Below are positions 1 through 8,166 of a stretch of DNA of 64,000 nucleotides, one piece after another; within the stretch, counting starts at the first letter, position 1, and each line of letters starts with the position of its first letter. Origin of the DNA: Elusimicrobiota bacterium. Its GTDB lineage: Bacteria > Elusimicrobiota > Endomicrobiia > Endomicrobiales > JBDRNC01. A model generated the notes under the pieces. It worked only from the letters and a program-made list of their open reading frames with translations, ran no database searches and was not told where the DNA came from. The DNA is taken from contig JBDRNC010000003.1 of assembly GCA_043811535.1 (NCBI GenBank), forward strand, positions 1 to 64,000, in the 5' to 3' direction. A program made the translations under genes and the position numbers.

Positions 1-96
1 TGTATATCATGCATAGGGATGAACGAAAAGGAAATTCTCGCCTATGTAGAGCATCAGTTCAAAGAAGACACAGGGCAACTGAAACTCAATTTCTAA
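1..96 (+). CDS. tnpA: IS200/IS605-family TnpA (Y1 HUH) transposase, 3' end only
   Basis: Frame 1 reads CISCIGMNEKEILAYVEHQFKEDTGQLKLNF*. This resembles the S-x-G...Y-x-x-x-Q C-terminus of IS200 TnpA, including the catalytic Tyr. Not in the ORF track. Confidence 0.7.
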   Translation, partial: CISCIGMNEKEILAYVEHQFKEDTGQLKLNF

Positions 97-106
97 AGAA
101 CGCGAA

Positions 107-144
107 AGAAGCCGCCGGCTCCTGCCGGCGGAGTATCACTTCAA
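107..144 (+). mobile_element. IS200/IS605 right end with subterminal hairpin
   Basis: GAAG-CCGCCGGC-tcct-GCCGGCGG-agtaTCAC-TTCAA just downstream of the tnpA stop codon. Confidence 0.65.
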
Positions 145-147
145 GAT

Positions 148-212
148 GGCGATTAGTCAAAAAAAGCAATCTTTTGCAGTCACCAATGGCAAATTGCTAA
201 TTGCTAATCGCC
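148..212. repeat. Heptamer inverted array (GCAATTA/TAATTGC family)
   Basis: ggcgattag ... aaattgc taattgc taatcgcc; same family as 58479-58576 and 36661-36680. Confidence 0.7.
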
Positions 213-267
213 TATACTAGTATTTTGAGAAAATATTTATGAAAGTATGATTAATAAAAGAAGACAA

Positions 268-1440
268 ATGATAAAGAAGAAAATACTGGTTGTTTTTGGG
301 ACTAGGCCCGAAGCCATCAAAATGGCGCCGGTCGTAAAACAATTATCAATTTACAATTCACAATTTACAGTTAAGGTATGCGTTACGGCTCAGCACAGGC
401 AGATGCTGGACGAAGTCCTTGATATATTCAGAATAAAACCCGATTACGACCTGAATATTATGCGGGACGGGCAGGACCTTTATTATATCACGGCGTCCGT
501 TTTGCAAAAGATGAAAAGGGTCCTTGCAGAAGAAAAGCCGGACATGGTCCTGGTTCACGGCGATACGACTACAACGTTCGCGGCGGCTCTCGCGTCTTTC
601 TATCAGAGAATTCCTGTGGGGCACGTTGAGGCGGGCTTAAGGTCTCACGACAAGAGCCAGCCGTTTCCGGAAGAAGCCAACCGTCTGCTTACCGATTCCC
701 TCTGCGACCTGCATTTTGCCCCGACTTCAACCGCAAAGAACTCCCTGCTAAAAGAAAACCAAAAACCGGGGAATATATTCATAACCGGGAATACCGTCAT
801 TGACGCCCTCCATGCCGTCCTGAAGATGAAACGCCCTTTCCGGAATCCGATACTAAAGAAGTTGTCGTCTTCCTTCTCCCGTCTTCCTTCTTCCCGTCTT
901 ATTTTAGTGACCGCTCACAGGCGCGAGAATTTTGGAAAACCGCTTGAAGATATTTTTTCGGCCCTCGCGCGAATCGCGAGAGAATACCCCGGCTTAAAGA
1001 TAATATATCCCGTGCATCTTAATCCAAATGTCCAAAGGCCCGCGAAAAAAATACTTGGAGGCGTGAAGAATGTCATTCTATTGCCGCCGGTGGATTATTC
1101 GGACCTTGCCGGACTTGTGAAGGCGTCCTATCTGGTCGTGACAGATTCTGGCGGGCTGCAGGAAGAGGCTCCCGCGCTTGGAAAACCGGTGCTGGTGCTG
1201 AGAGAAGTGACGGAGCGGCCCGAAGCGGTGAAGGCCGGAACTGTGAAGATCATCGGTTCACGTAAAAACAGGATTTACTCGGAAATAAAAAGATTGCTGG
1301 AGAATGAAAAGGAACATAAAAGGATGTCCAGTTCCGTCAATCCATATGGGGACGGCAAGGCGGCCTATAGGACCGTCGAAGCGATTAGATACTTTTTCGG
1401 TTTACGTAAAGACAAACCCGCAGATTTTCGGCCCAGTTAA
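268..1440 (+). CDS. wecB: UDP-N-acetylglucosamine 2-epimerase (non-hydrolysing)
   Basis: FGTRPEAIKMAP, HGDTTT, GHVEAGLRS, TDSGGLQEEAP and TERPE motifs. Start is 268 or 247. Confidence 0.95.
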   Translation: MIKKKILVVFGTRPEAIKMAPVVKQLSIYNSQFTVKVCVTAQHRQMLDEVLDIFRIKPDYDLNIMRDGQDLYYITASVLQKMKRVLAEEKPDMVLVHGDTTTTFAAALASFYQRIPVGHVEAGLRSHDKSQPFPEEANRLLTDSLCDLHFAPTSTAKNSLLKENQKPGNIFITGNTVIDALHAVLKMKRPFRNPILKKLSSSFSRLPSSRLILVTAHRRENFGKPLEDIFSALARIAREYPGLKIIYPVHLNPNVQRPAKKILGGVKNVILLPPVDYSDLAGLVKASYLVVTDSGGLQEEAPALGKPVLVLREVTERPEAVKAGTVKIIGSRKNRIYSEIKRLLENEKEHKRMSSSVNPYGDGKAAYRTVEAIRYFFGLRKDKPADFRPS

Positions 1441-1487
1441 ATATCTGCGTAAATCAATTCCACTACACTATCTGCGGTAATCTGCGT
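1417..1487. repeat. CGCAGAT/ATCTGCG inverted repeat element
   Basis: cgcagatt in the wecB 3' end, followed by three ATCTGCG copies at 1443-1486. Confidence 0.6.
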
Positions 1488-1488
1488 T

Positions 1489-1812
1489 ATGTTCAAAAAA
1501 TATCAAAAAGGCAAGCACGTTTACTCCACATTCGACGGTAAAAGCGAGCGCGTAACTGTCATATCCCGTAAAAAAGAAAAAGACGAGACTCCTCCTCTTG
1601 AGATTGAAATCTCTCCTTCGGAAATCGACGGGAAAATATCAAATCTTTATATGGTATACCACAGCCCTGAAGAGTTCATGATAGATTTCTGTCTTGTCTT
1701 GCCCGGTCAGAACAAGGCGAAAGTGCTGAACCGCGTGATAATGAGCCCGCGTCACGCGAAAAGGTTCATGAAGGTATTGGAATCGGCATTGAGTAATTTG
1801 AAACATGAGTGA
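1489..1812 (+). CDS. DUF3467-like protein
   Basis: SNL..V.HSPEEF.IDF and RVIMSP.HAKRF..L pattern. Confidence 0.75.
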   Translation: MFKKYQKGKHVYSTFDGKSERVTVISRKKEKDETPPLEIEISPSEIDGKISNLYMVYHSPEEFMIDFCLVLPGQNKAKVLNRVIMSPRHAKRFMKVLESALSNLKHE

Positions 1813-2422
1813 CAAGCCAAAAAATAACCCCATTAGAAATCCTTCCGGTTTACCGGAAGGCAGCCCCCAAGGGAGGCTTATTCCTAACGGGGCGAAAAAT
1901 CTTTTTATAACTGGAAAACCGGGTTCGGGCAAGACTTCGCTGATACGCGAAGCGTGCCTTCCGTTCATGCAGAATATAGGCGGGTTCTACACGGAGGAAA
2001 TAAGATCCGGGGCCGGGCGCGACGGGTTCATTTTAAAGACTTTTGACGGGAAGCATGGGGTGCTTGCGAAAAAAGGAATGGAAAGCCCGCATAAGCTGAA
2101 TAAATACGGGCTTGACCTGGATGTCCTTGACAGTATCGGCGTCGATTCCATCCGCGCCGCCATGGAAGGCAAGCGTGTCGTGGTTATCGATGAAATAGGA
2201 AGCATGGAGGTGTTTTCCGAACTTTTCAGGAAAGTCCTCGTGGAATGCCTCGGTTCGAAACGCCGCGTGCTCGCGTCCATACGCTACAACGCGCAGCCTT
2301 TTACCGATGAAATAAAGAAAATGCCGGATACCGCGCTTGTGTATCTTTCGCGCGAGAATTTCATAGACACAAAAAAACAGGTGAAGCAATGGCTTGAAGC
2401 CGCCTGCAGGGAGCAAACGTGA
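1805..2422 (+). CDS. NTPase (THEP1/NTPase_1 family)
   Basis: ITGKPGSGKT, GGFYTEEIR and VVIDEIGSME motifs. N-terminal extension is encoded by a palindromic element. Confidence 0.9.
   Translation: MSDKPKNNPIRNPSGLPEGSPQGRLIPNGAKNLFITGKPGSGKTSLIREACLPFMQNIGGFYTEEIRSGAGRDGFILKTFDGKHGVLAKKGMESPHKLNKYGLDLDVLDSIGVDSIRAAMEGKRVVVIDEIGSMEVFSELFRKVLVECLGSKRRVLASIRYNAQPFTDEIKKMPDTALVYLSRENFIDTKKQVKQWLEAACREQT
1827..1896. repeat. CCCRTTAGA...CTAACGGG palindromic element, in frame in the NTPase gene
   Basis: accccattagaaat [ccttccggt-tt-accggaagg][agcc-cccaaggg-aggct] attcctaacggggcgaa. Confidence 0.75.
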
Positions 2423-3594
2423 CAGGCAAGATATTCCTGAAAAAGAACGAAGAAGAAAGGCTGAACGCCGGGCATCTTTGGATATTTTCGAATGAGATCC
2501 AGAAAATCGAAGGAGAGCCGGGGATCGGCGACACAGCGGAGCTTTTTGATTCATCAAAACAATTCGCTGGCGTGGGATTCTATAATCCCAAATCGCTCAT
2601 CGCATTCCGCCTGCTGTCAAAAAAACATGTAAATATCGATAAGGATTTCTGGAAAGACAGGATCGAGCGCGCCGTGGCGTACAGGAAGGCTGTTTATCCC
2701 GTTATAGAATCGTACAGGGTTGTTTTCGGCGAGTCCGACGCGCTTCCCGGCTTGATCGTTGACAAGTACGGCAATTGCCTCGCGGTGCAGTTCCTTTCGG
2801 CAGGCATGGAAAAGAACAGCGGGCAGATAATAGAGGCTCTGAAGGAAATTTTCAAACCAGCCGGCATCATAGCGAAGAACGAATCTTCATTGAGAAAACT
2901 TGAGGGTTTGGAAGAGAAAACGGAAATACTGTACGGCAGTATACCGGACACTCTGGAGATAACCGAGAGCGGGCTGAAATTCTCAGTTGACCTCAAGGGC
3001 GGGCAGAAGACCGGTTTTTTCTTTGACCAGCGCGATAACAGGCAGGTTTTCTCGGGTTACTGCAAGGGGAAGAATGTCCTCGATTGTTTCTGCCACACCG
3101 GCGCTTTCGGGATCTGCGCCGCAAAGGCCGGCGCCAAGAGCGTCATGCTCGTGGATTCATCAAAACCCGCGATTGAAAAAACGGTTGAAAACGCCGGACT
3201 GAACGATGTCGCCGGAACCATTCAAGCCGCGGACGCGGACGTCGAGGAATACATGCAGGTGCAAAAGCGGAGCGGGAAAAAATTTGATATAATTAATCTT
3301 GATCCGCCCGCGCTGATTAAGAGCAGAAAAAACTTCTTCGCGGGCGTAAGGCTTTACGCCAAATTGAACGCCCTCGCGATGGAACTGCTTGAACCGGGCG
3401 GGATACTGGCGACAAGCTCGTGCTCGCATCACCTGAACCGCGATGCTTTCCTGGAGATGCTCCGAGAAGCAGGCGGGAAAGCGGGCAGGCAGTTCAGAAT
3501 AATGGAACTCCGTTCCCAGGCGAAAGACCATCCGGTGCTGTTGTCGATGCCCGAGACGGAATATCTTAAATTCGCCATTTTAAAGGTTGTATAA
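2419..3594 (+). CDS. rlmI: 23S rRNA m5C1962 methyltransferase, RlmI family
   Basis: GHLWIFSNE, ESDALPGLIVDKY, GQKTGFFFDQRDNR, LDPPA, SSCS and PETEYLK motifs. Confidence 0.9.
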   Translation: MTGKIFLKKNEEERLNAGHLWIFSNEIQKIEGEPGIGDTAELFDSSKQFAGVGFYNPKSLIAFRLLSKKHVNIDKDFWKDRIERAVAYRKAVYPVIESYRVVFGESDALPGLIVDKYGNCLAVQFLSAGMEKNSGQIIEALKEIFKPAGIIAKNESSLRKLEGLEEKTEILYGSIPDTLEITESGLKFSVDLKGGQKTGFFFDQRDNRQVFSGYCKGKNVLDCFCHTGAFGICAAKAGAKSVMLVDSSKPAIEKTVENAGLNDVAGTIQAADADVEEYMQVQKRSGKKFDIINLDPPALIKSRKNFFAGVRLYAKLNALAMELLEPGGILATSSCSHHLNRDAFLEMLREAGGKAGRQFRIMELRSQAKDHPVLLSMPETEYLKFAILKVV

Positions 3595-3604
3595 CATTAA
3601 AAAC

Positions 3605-3991
3605 ATGAAAAAAGACAAACTGAATTTCAAACCTGTTTTTGATAAAATTACCCCGTCATTCCTGACTGCGATGCCTTATGACTACAAGGGCAAGAATATT
3701 GAGATCAATGTAGAGTCGGAAGAGTTCACCTGCCTTTGCCCGTGGTCGGGCCTTCCCGATTTCGCTCTGCTGACGGTGAATTACACGCCGGACAGAAACC
3801 TTATCGAACTGAAATCATTGAAATACTACCTGCAATCGTTCCGTATGGTCGGTATAGTCCACGAGAATGCCGTCAATAGGATACTCGAAGATTTGGTAAG
3901 GGCATGTAAGCCCAAATCCATGACGGTAGAGCTTGTTTTCAACATAAGAGGCGGCGTAAAAACGACGGTGAGAGCCGACTACAAAAAATAA
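3605..3991 (+). CDS. queF: PreQ0 reductase QueF (short type)
   Basis: EFTCLCPWSGLPDFA, IELKSLKYYL, HE and RGG motifs. Confidence 0.92.
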   Translation: MKKDKLNFKPVFDKITPSFLTAMPYDYKGKNIEINVESEEFTCLCPWSGLPDFALLTVNYTPDRNLIELKSLKYYLQSFRMVGIVHENAVNRILEDLVRACKPKSMTVELVFNIRGGVKTTVRADYKK

Positions 3992-4054
3992 TTGCTAAAT
4001 TGCTATATGGCTAAACGGCTAAAAGCCATTTAACAATTTAACCATTCAGCCATT
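3990..4054. repeat. Octamer inverted array (ATGGCTAA/TTAGCCAT family), copy 1
   Basis: attgctaa attgctat atggctaa acggctaa ... ttaacaat ttaaccat tcagccat. Confidence 0.85.
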
Positions 4055-4066
4055 AAGGAGCATCAT

Positions 4067-5419
4067 TTGTTCAAGAAAATCCAACACATTCATTTCGTAG
4101 GCATAGGCGGGTCAGGGATGTCCGGTATCGCCGAGGTTTTACTTAATCTCGGTTATAATGTTTCCGGTTCCGACCTGAAGAAAACCGATGTTACCGAGCA
4201 TCTGAGAAAACGCGGGGCCAGGATCTTTATAGGGCACAAATCCGCAAACATAAACGGCGCGGATGTCGTGGTAACTTCCACTGCGGTAAGCGCCGATAAT
4301 CCCGAAGTTATCGCCGCCGTCCAGAAAAAAATACCGGTTATCCCAAGGATAGAAATGCTTGCCGAGATCGCGCGGCTGAAATACGCCGTGACTATCGCCG
4401 GCACGCACGGCAAGACCACGACAACATCCCTGGCCGCGCTCGTGCTTGAAAAGGGCGGGCTGGACCCGACAGTCGTCATCGGCGGAAGGCTAAAGAACCT
4501 CAAGAGCGGAGCGAAACTCGGAAAGGGGGAGTATCTTGTCGCCGAGGCGGATGAGTCCGACGGCTCGTTCCTTAAACTTTCGCCGACACTCACGATCGTG
4601 ACGAACATAGACAACGACCACCTGGATTATTACAGGACCTTTGATAATATTAAAAAGGCTTTTGTGCAGCATATAAATTCTGTTCCGTTCTACGGCTGCG
4701 CGATATTATGCACGGATGACTCTCATGTAAGGGAGATACTGCCGCAGGTCAGAAGGCGTTACCTGACATACGGTTTCAACGACGGCGCGGATTTCACCGC
4801 GGCTGACATATCTCACGCGGGCGCCGGCTACAGGTTCAATGTTTTTCTCAGAGGAAAGAAATTGGGCGCCGTGAAGATCCAATCCCCGGGAAGGCACAAT
4901 ATCCTTAACTCGCTCGCTGCAATCGCCGCCGGCGTCGAACTTGGAATACCGTTTGCGAAAATAGCAGCGGCGCTGAATCAATTCGCGGGAGTGGGCAGGA
5001 GGATGGAATTCAAGGGAGAAAGGAACGGTATCACCGTAATCGACGACTACGGGCATCATCCTACGGAAGTCAAGGCGACGATCGACGCGATAAAGGACTG
5101 CTGGCCGCGGCGCCGCCTTGTGGTTCTGTTCCAGCCGCACAGGTATTCGCGCACGGCGCACCTGCACAGGGAATTCGGCGCGGCCTTTGAGAAGGCCGAC
5201 GTGATAAGCATACTGGAAATATATTCGGCGGGCGAAAAACCGGTGCCGGGAGTTACGAGCGCTTTGATAATAAACAGCGCCATGAGGCACGGAAAGAGCG
5301 CGGAGCTTTTCAAGGGCGCCGCAGAGACGGCCGCTAGGCTGAAACCCGGAGACATCTTGCTTACGCTTGGCGCCGGGGACGTATGGAAAACAGGAGAAGA
5401 AATATTAAAAAAGATTTAG
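4067..5419 (+). CDS. murC: UDP-N-acetylmuramate-L-alanine ligase
   Basis: HFVGIGGSGMSGIA, AGTHGKTTTT, EADESDGSF and DDYGHHPTE motifs. TTG start with AAGGAG SD. Confidence 0.97.
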   Translation: MFKKIQHIHFVGIGGSGMSGIAEVLLNLGYNVSGSDLKKTDVTEHLRKRGARIFIGHKSANINGADVVVTSTAVSADNPEVIAAVQKKIPVIPRIEMLAEIARLKYAVTIAGTHGKTTTTSLAALVLEKGGLDPTVVIGGRLKNLKSGAKLGKGEYLVAEADESDGSFLKLSPTLTIVTNIDNDHLDYYRTFDNIKKAFVQHINSVPFYGCAILCTDDSHVREILPQVRRRYLTYGFNDGADFTAADISHAGAGYRFNVFLRGKKLGAVKIQSPGRHNILNSLAAIAAGVELGIPFAKIAAALNQFAGVGRRMEFKGERNGITVIDDYGHHPTEVKATIDAIKDCWPRRRLVVLFQPHRYSRTAHLHREFGAAFEKADVISILEIYSAGEKPVPGVTSALIINSAMRHGKSAELFKGAAETAARLKPGDILLTLGAGDVWKTGEEILKKI

Positions 5420-6300
5420 CACCTCTTTTATCGGAGGCGGTCACGCGCCTCAGGATGAATGAACCTCTCAGCAAACACGCCACCCTGCGCATCGGCGGCC
5501 CGGCCTCGTACTTCGCGGAAGTATACGATACAAAAGAACTGAAAAAACTCCTGAATATCGCGGTCAGCCACAAGCTTCCGTTCATGATAATAGGCGCCGG
5601 CTCCAATATGTTGATAGGGGATAAGGGCTATAGCGGGCTTGTGGTAAAGTTCACCGGGGCATTCTGCGATTTTGAGTTTAAAAAGCATATTCTTCGCGCG
5701 GGCGCCGGTGTCCGCCTGCCGGTGCTTGTAAGCAAATGCATGGAAAACGGGCTTGCGGGAATGGAAGCGCTCGCGGGCATCCCCGGGACGATCGGCGGAG
5801 CCCTTGTTTCAAATGCAGGAACCAAGAACGGATGGATAGGGGATATCGTTAAATCAGTTGAAATTTTAGATAAAAACGGTTCCGGACGGGTGTTAAAAAA
5901 GAAAGACCTTGAATTCCGCTACCGCGGGTCAAATCTTGAGGGAAAAATCATACTCGGCGCCGAGTTTTCCTTGAAAAAAGGAAAAAAAAATGATATTCTT
6001 AAAAAAATCAACGATTTGTTGATAAAACGCGCCGCGACACAGCCGCTTGACGCGTGGAGCGTCGGCTCTATTTTTAAAAATCCGGAAAATGACAGCGCCG
6101 GAAGGCTCATTGAAGCGGCCGGATTGAAAGGCCTGAGGTTCGGCGGAGCAAAGGTTTCCGAGAAGCACGCGAATTTTATCGTGAACTTTGAGAATGCGAC
6201 CGCGTCCGACATGAGAAACCTGATCTCGACGGTGCGGCACAAGGTCTTTGAGAAATCCGGCGTCAATCTGGAACTGGAAATAAAGATAATAGGGGACTAA
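5383..6300 (+). CDS. murB: UDP-N-acetylenolpyruvoylglucosamine reductase
   Basis: LRIGGPA, GAGSN, GIPGTIGGA, GSIFKNP and SEKHANFIVN motifs. Confidence 0.96.
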   Translation: MENRRRNIKKDLAPLLSEAVTRLRMNEPLSKHATLRIGGPASYFAEVYDTKELKKLLNIAVSHKLPFMIIGAGSNMLIGDKGYSGLVVKFTGAFCDFEFKKHILRAGAGVRLPVLVSKCMENGLAGMEALAGIPGTIGGALVSNAGTKNGWIGDIVKSVEILDKNGSGRVLKKKDLEFRYRGSNLEGKIILGAEFSLKKGKKNDILKKINDLLIKRAATQPLDAWSVGSIFKNPENDSAGRLIEAAGLKGLRFGGAKVSEKHANFIVNFENATASDMRNLISTVRHKVFEKSGVNLELEIKIIGD

Positions 6301-6304
6301 CAAC

Positions 6305-6387
6305 AATTGCAAATTACAGATTTCAGATTGCAGATTAACGACTTTTAGTCTTTAATTTGAAATTTGAAATTTGAAATCGAAAATATG
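6305..6387. repeat. Heptamer inverted array (ATTWCAR/YTGWAAT family)
   Basis: attgcaa attacag atttcag attgcag attaacgac ... aatttg aaatttg aaatttg aaatcga aaatATG. The last unit ends in the likely ddl start codon. Confidence 0.85.
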
Positions 6388-7314
6388 AATATAAAAAGAT
6401 GGTTGAAAAATAAAAGGATAGGGGTCATATACGGCGGGCGGTCAGCCGAGAGAAAAATATCGCTTTTGAGCGGAAAAGCGGTGCTACAGTCCCTTAAGAA
6501 AATGGGCTATAACGCTGTCGGAATAGATGCGGGCTCCGACCTGCCTTTCAGGCTGAAAAAGAACAAAATAGATTTCGCATATATAATCCTGCACGGGCCG
6601 TGGGGCGAGGACGGAACGGTTCAGGGATTGCTCGAAATAATGGATATCCCTTATACGGGTTGCGGCGTAGCGGCAAGCGCGCTGACGATGAATAAGGTAT
6701 ATTCCAAAATGGTCTTTGATTCTCTCGACTTCCCCACACCCGAATGGCAAGTCGTCAATAAAGGTTGTCTTCCTTCTTCCTTCTTCCGTCTTCCCGCTGT
6801 CGTAAAGCCGGTTTCCCAGGGTTCGGCGATAGGCGTGTCTATTGTGAAAAAGAAGGCTGAGTTGAAGCACGCGCTGAAAGAGGCCTTCAAGTATGATAAA
6901 CAGGCATTGATAGAGAGATATATTAAGGGCACGGAGGTAACGGTGGGAGTTGTCGGGGGAAAAGCGCTCCCCGTTGTGGAAATCGTGCCCGAGAATGAAT
7001 TCTATGATTTTGAATCCAAATATAAGCCGGGAATGTCAAGGCATATCATGCCGCCGCGCCTTCCGAAAAGCGTCGTGAAAAACGCCAGCGACCTTGCAAT
7101 GCGCGCTTTCAGAGCGCTTGGCTGCAGGGGATTGTCGCGGATTGACCTTATGGTTGACAGCAAGGGCAAATCCTGGCTTTTAGAGATAAACACGATACCG
7201 GGCATGACCGAAACATCCCTGCTTCCCGACGCGGCAAAAGCGATTGGCATGGATTTCGGCGGATTAGTCTCGAAGATAATTGAATGTTCAGTCGCCGGGA
7301 GTAACCGGAAATAA
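6385..7314 (+). CDS. ddl: D-alanine-D-alanine ligase
   Basis: GGRSAER, LHGPWGEDG, YDFESKY and LEINTIPGMTETSLLP motifs. Confidence 0.96.
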   Translation: MNIKRWLKNKRIGVIYGGRSAERKISLLSGKAVLQSLKKMGYNAVGIDAGSDLPFRLKKNKIDFAYIILHGPWGEDGTVQGLLEIMDIPYTGCGVAASALTMNKVYSKMVFDSLDFPTPEWQVVNKGCLPSSFFRLPAVVKPVSQGSAIGVSIVKKKAELKHALKEAFKYDKQALIERYIKGTEVTVGVVGGKALPVVEIVPENEFYDFESKYKPGMSRHIMPPRLPKSVVKNASDLAMRAFRALGCRGLSRIDLMVDSKGKSWLLEINTIPGMTETSLLPDAAKAIGMDFGGLVSKIIECSVAGSNRK

Positions 7315-7315
7315 T

Positions 7316-8152
7316 ATGAGTTACCGCCGGTACAGGCCCGCTCGGTACAGACAAAGGGTCGCGACGCGTTCAAAATTCAGGTTTGAGCGCAGGAAAAAAG
7401 CGACTAGGGTTTTCCTCTTTCTCTTGATAACAGGCCTTGCCGGGATGATTTCCTGGTGGACTTATAAGGCCGCGACGAATTTTATTTTCAAATCCGAACA
7501 TTTCACTGTCCGCAAGGTTGAGGTCCGCGGCATAAAGAATATTTCGCAGAGCGAAGTGCTCTCGCTGCTTCCGTTCCGGACCGGCGACAACATGTTCAGT
7601 TTCAATGCGTCGTCGGTGGAAAACGATATTTACAAGTGCAAGCAGGAACTGAAAAAAGTAAGCGTCGGAAGGGGGTGGCATAAGATCGTAGTCGATGTGG
7701 AAGAACGCGTGCCTGTCGCGTTCGTAAACTCGGGCGGACAGCGCATGGGCATCGACTATGATAATAAGCCGTTCCCGCTAAGGGGAAGATGGGCAAAGGA
7801 AATTCTTCCGGAGATCGTCAACCAGAACGAGCAGGAACGGCGGACGATACTTGACTTTGTCGGGGTGTTCACGCCCAGGGCGAAAGATTTTTTTTCGGGA
7901 ATACTGAAGTTCCGTCTTGAGCCAATGGACAGGGTGGTTCTCGACATGGGCGACGGTTCAAGGATTTTCTGGGGGCCTTTTGAAAAAGCAAAGGTTGAAT
8001 CAAAGCTGAAGAATCTGTTGCGGGTCATCGAAGATTCAAAAACAAAATACGAGTCGCTGGAATACGTGAACCTCAGTTTTTTTGACGACGGAAGGATACT
8101 GGTAAAGCCGAAAGCTTCCGCTGCGAAAGTATTTGGAGCAAATAAATATTAA
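7316..8152 (+). CDS. ftsQ: Cell division protein FtsQ/DivIB
   Basis: One TM helix, a POTRA-like region and VEERVPVA; located between ddl and ftsA. Confidence 0.88.
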   Translation: MSYRRYRPARYRQRVATRSKFRFERRKKATRVFLFLLITGLAGMISWWTYKAATNFIFKSEHFTVRKVEVRGIKNISQSEVLSLLPFRTGDNMFSFNASSVENDIYKCKQELKKVSVGRGWHKIVVDVEERVPVAFVNSGGQRMGIDYDNKPFPLRGRWAKEILPEIVNQNEQERRTILDFVGVFTPRAKDFFSGILKFRLEPMDRVVLDMGDGSRIFWGPFEKAKVESKLKNLLRVIEDSKTKYESLEYVNLSFFDDGRILVKPKASAAKVFGANKY

Positions 8153-8166
8153 TCAAGGGTAATTAA

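Noticed and set aside
9..200. 63-aa ORF in the track
   Set aside because: It overlaps the better-supported tnpA frame, the IS-end hairpin and a repeat array.
3590..3604. preQ1 riboswitch before queF
   Set aside because: Only about 10 nt separate rlmI and queF, and I see no aptamer motif.
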